This document shows, piece after piece, positions 63,151 to 64,000 of a stretch of DNA of 64,000 nucleotides (position 1 is its first letter; each line of letters begins with the position of its first letter). The translations under genes were made by a program, and so were the position numbers. Source of the DNA: Nitrospirota bacterium (GTDB taxonomy: Bacteria; Nitrospirota; UBA9217); NCBI GenBank assembly GCA_963737155.1, contig CAVTRN010000001.1, positions 160,001-224,000 on the forward strand. The letters are read 5' to 3'. The notes under the pieces are model-generated. The model worked only from the letters and a program-made list of their open reading frames with translations, ran no database searches and was not told the DNA's origin.

Positions 63151-64000
63151 ATGAAGACGTGGTCATACTTGAAATTGTCGTTGTATGTTGTACTATGCTG
63201 CACACTGGTTGTCGGACTTGGCCTCATGGCTGGCTGTAAAGGTAGTAACGGTGCGGCTGGTGCCAATGGCGTCAATGGTACGAATGGCACAAACGCCGTT
63301 AATGGCGTTAATGGCGTCAATGGTAGCAATGGCATTAATGGCATCAATGGCACTAATGGTATAAGCGCTTTGACATCTGAGTTAACTTATACCACCGCCA
63401 TCAACAGTGTCGTTTTCACGTCCAGCAGCGGAAGCGCGGTAGCGACCATTAATTTCTCCGTAAATTATTATGCGGATGGTGTTCTGGGCGGAGAAATTAT
63501 CGGGCTCGATGCGCCGGATTCCGTCACCCCCGCAGATCTGGGCCACATGAGAATCGGCATGGTTAAGCTGATCCCAGGTATCGCCACGAAAACAACCGGA
63601 TCCACGCCCAATACATGGTGGCCTGTCGGAAGCAGTGAAAATATTGCTGCCCGGCTGGTAAACAACGGCAACGGCATGTATACCTATACAACAGGTACCA
63701 TGGCTATTTCCGGGGCTACCACGACGTCCAATTACTATGATCCTACACAATATACGCGGGTCGTGCTCCTGATCATGCCCAAGGATCACAGCGGCCAGGG
63801 TAATTTTGTTTCCCCCGTTCCGATCGAACTGGGAGAGGCCGCCAAATATGACCTGACAAACGGAACTACCATTTCTCAGGATGTCGTCCCGACCGCGCAA
63901 TGCCTCAATTGCCATTCCACCTTCGGCGATCCGAGGCTCAATCCGCTGGCATTCCATCCCGACGAAGGCCGCACCGAGACGTTTGCTTGCGACATATGCC
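63151..64000 (+). CDS. OmcA/MtrC-like multiheme c-type cytochrome lipoprotein (partial, runs off the window)
   Basis: GGAGG RBS; lipobox MAGC; Gly-X-Asn repeats; LVNNGNGMYTYT; DVVPTAQCLNCH; FH..GR....CDIC at the edge; frame open to 64000 and absent from the ORF track. Confidence 0.85.
   Translation, partial: MKTWSYLKLSLYVVLCCTLVVGLGLMAGCKGSNGAAGANGVNGTNGTNAVNGVNGVNGSNGINGINGTNGISALTSELTYTTAINSVVFTSSSGSAVATINFSVNYYADGVLGGEIIGLDAPDSVTPADLGHMRIGMVKLIPGIATKTTGSTPNTWWPVGSSENIAARLVNNGNGMYTYTTGTMAISGATTTSNYYDPTQYTRVVLLIMPKDHSGQGNFVSPVPIELGEAAKYDLTNGTTISQDVVPTAQCLNCHSTFGDPRLNPLAFHPDEGRTETFACDIC
63241..63360 (+). repeat. 9-bp tandem repeats encoding collagen-like Gly-X-Asn triplets
   Basis: GSN GAA GAN GVN GTN GTN AVN GVN GVN GSN GIN GIN GTN G. 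Confidence 0.85.

Noticed and set aside
63382-63957. 191-aa minus-strand ORF, and the 63129-63353 PL-repeat ORF
   Set aside because: Antisense shadows of the plus-strand cytochrome gene

Overview
Bacterial chromosomal segment from a probable anaerobe or microaerophile. Gene content suggests Nitrospirota or a deltaproteobacterium-like lineage, but this is inference only. About 1-51 kb is a patchy accessory region: a cobalamin riboswitch controlling a small Cys-rich protein, eutBC, four PAS sensor kinases (one with a degenerate ATP-binding domain, one with a periplasmic CxxCH), an MCP with a sigma28 promoter, a yeeE-tusA-kinase sulfur module, a Cys-less DsrC/TusE homolog, a Liv-type ABC transporter, and many gene and IS remnants. 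Mobile DNA includes an intact IS1634 with 6-bp target duplication, an IS3-like relic, a probable group II intron 5' fragment, and two complementary IS607-type relics: one keeps tnpA with a decayed tnpB, the other keeps a full TnpB-like gene and structured right end but lost tnpA. About 51-61.5 kb looks like core genome (deoC, class IV aminotransferase, acetate/acetyl-CoA cluster, tRNA-Val, tRNA-Asp). The most notable unannotated signal lies just downstream of tRNA-Asp: a Tn7-like transposon end (TGT plus five TnsB-type sites), preceded by a second repeat set. It points into DNA encoding an OmcA/MtrC-like multiheme cytochrome lipoprotein that is missing from the ORF track and runs off the window. 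No CRISPR array was seen. All family assignments are from motif recognition by eye, not database searches.
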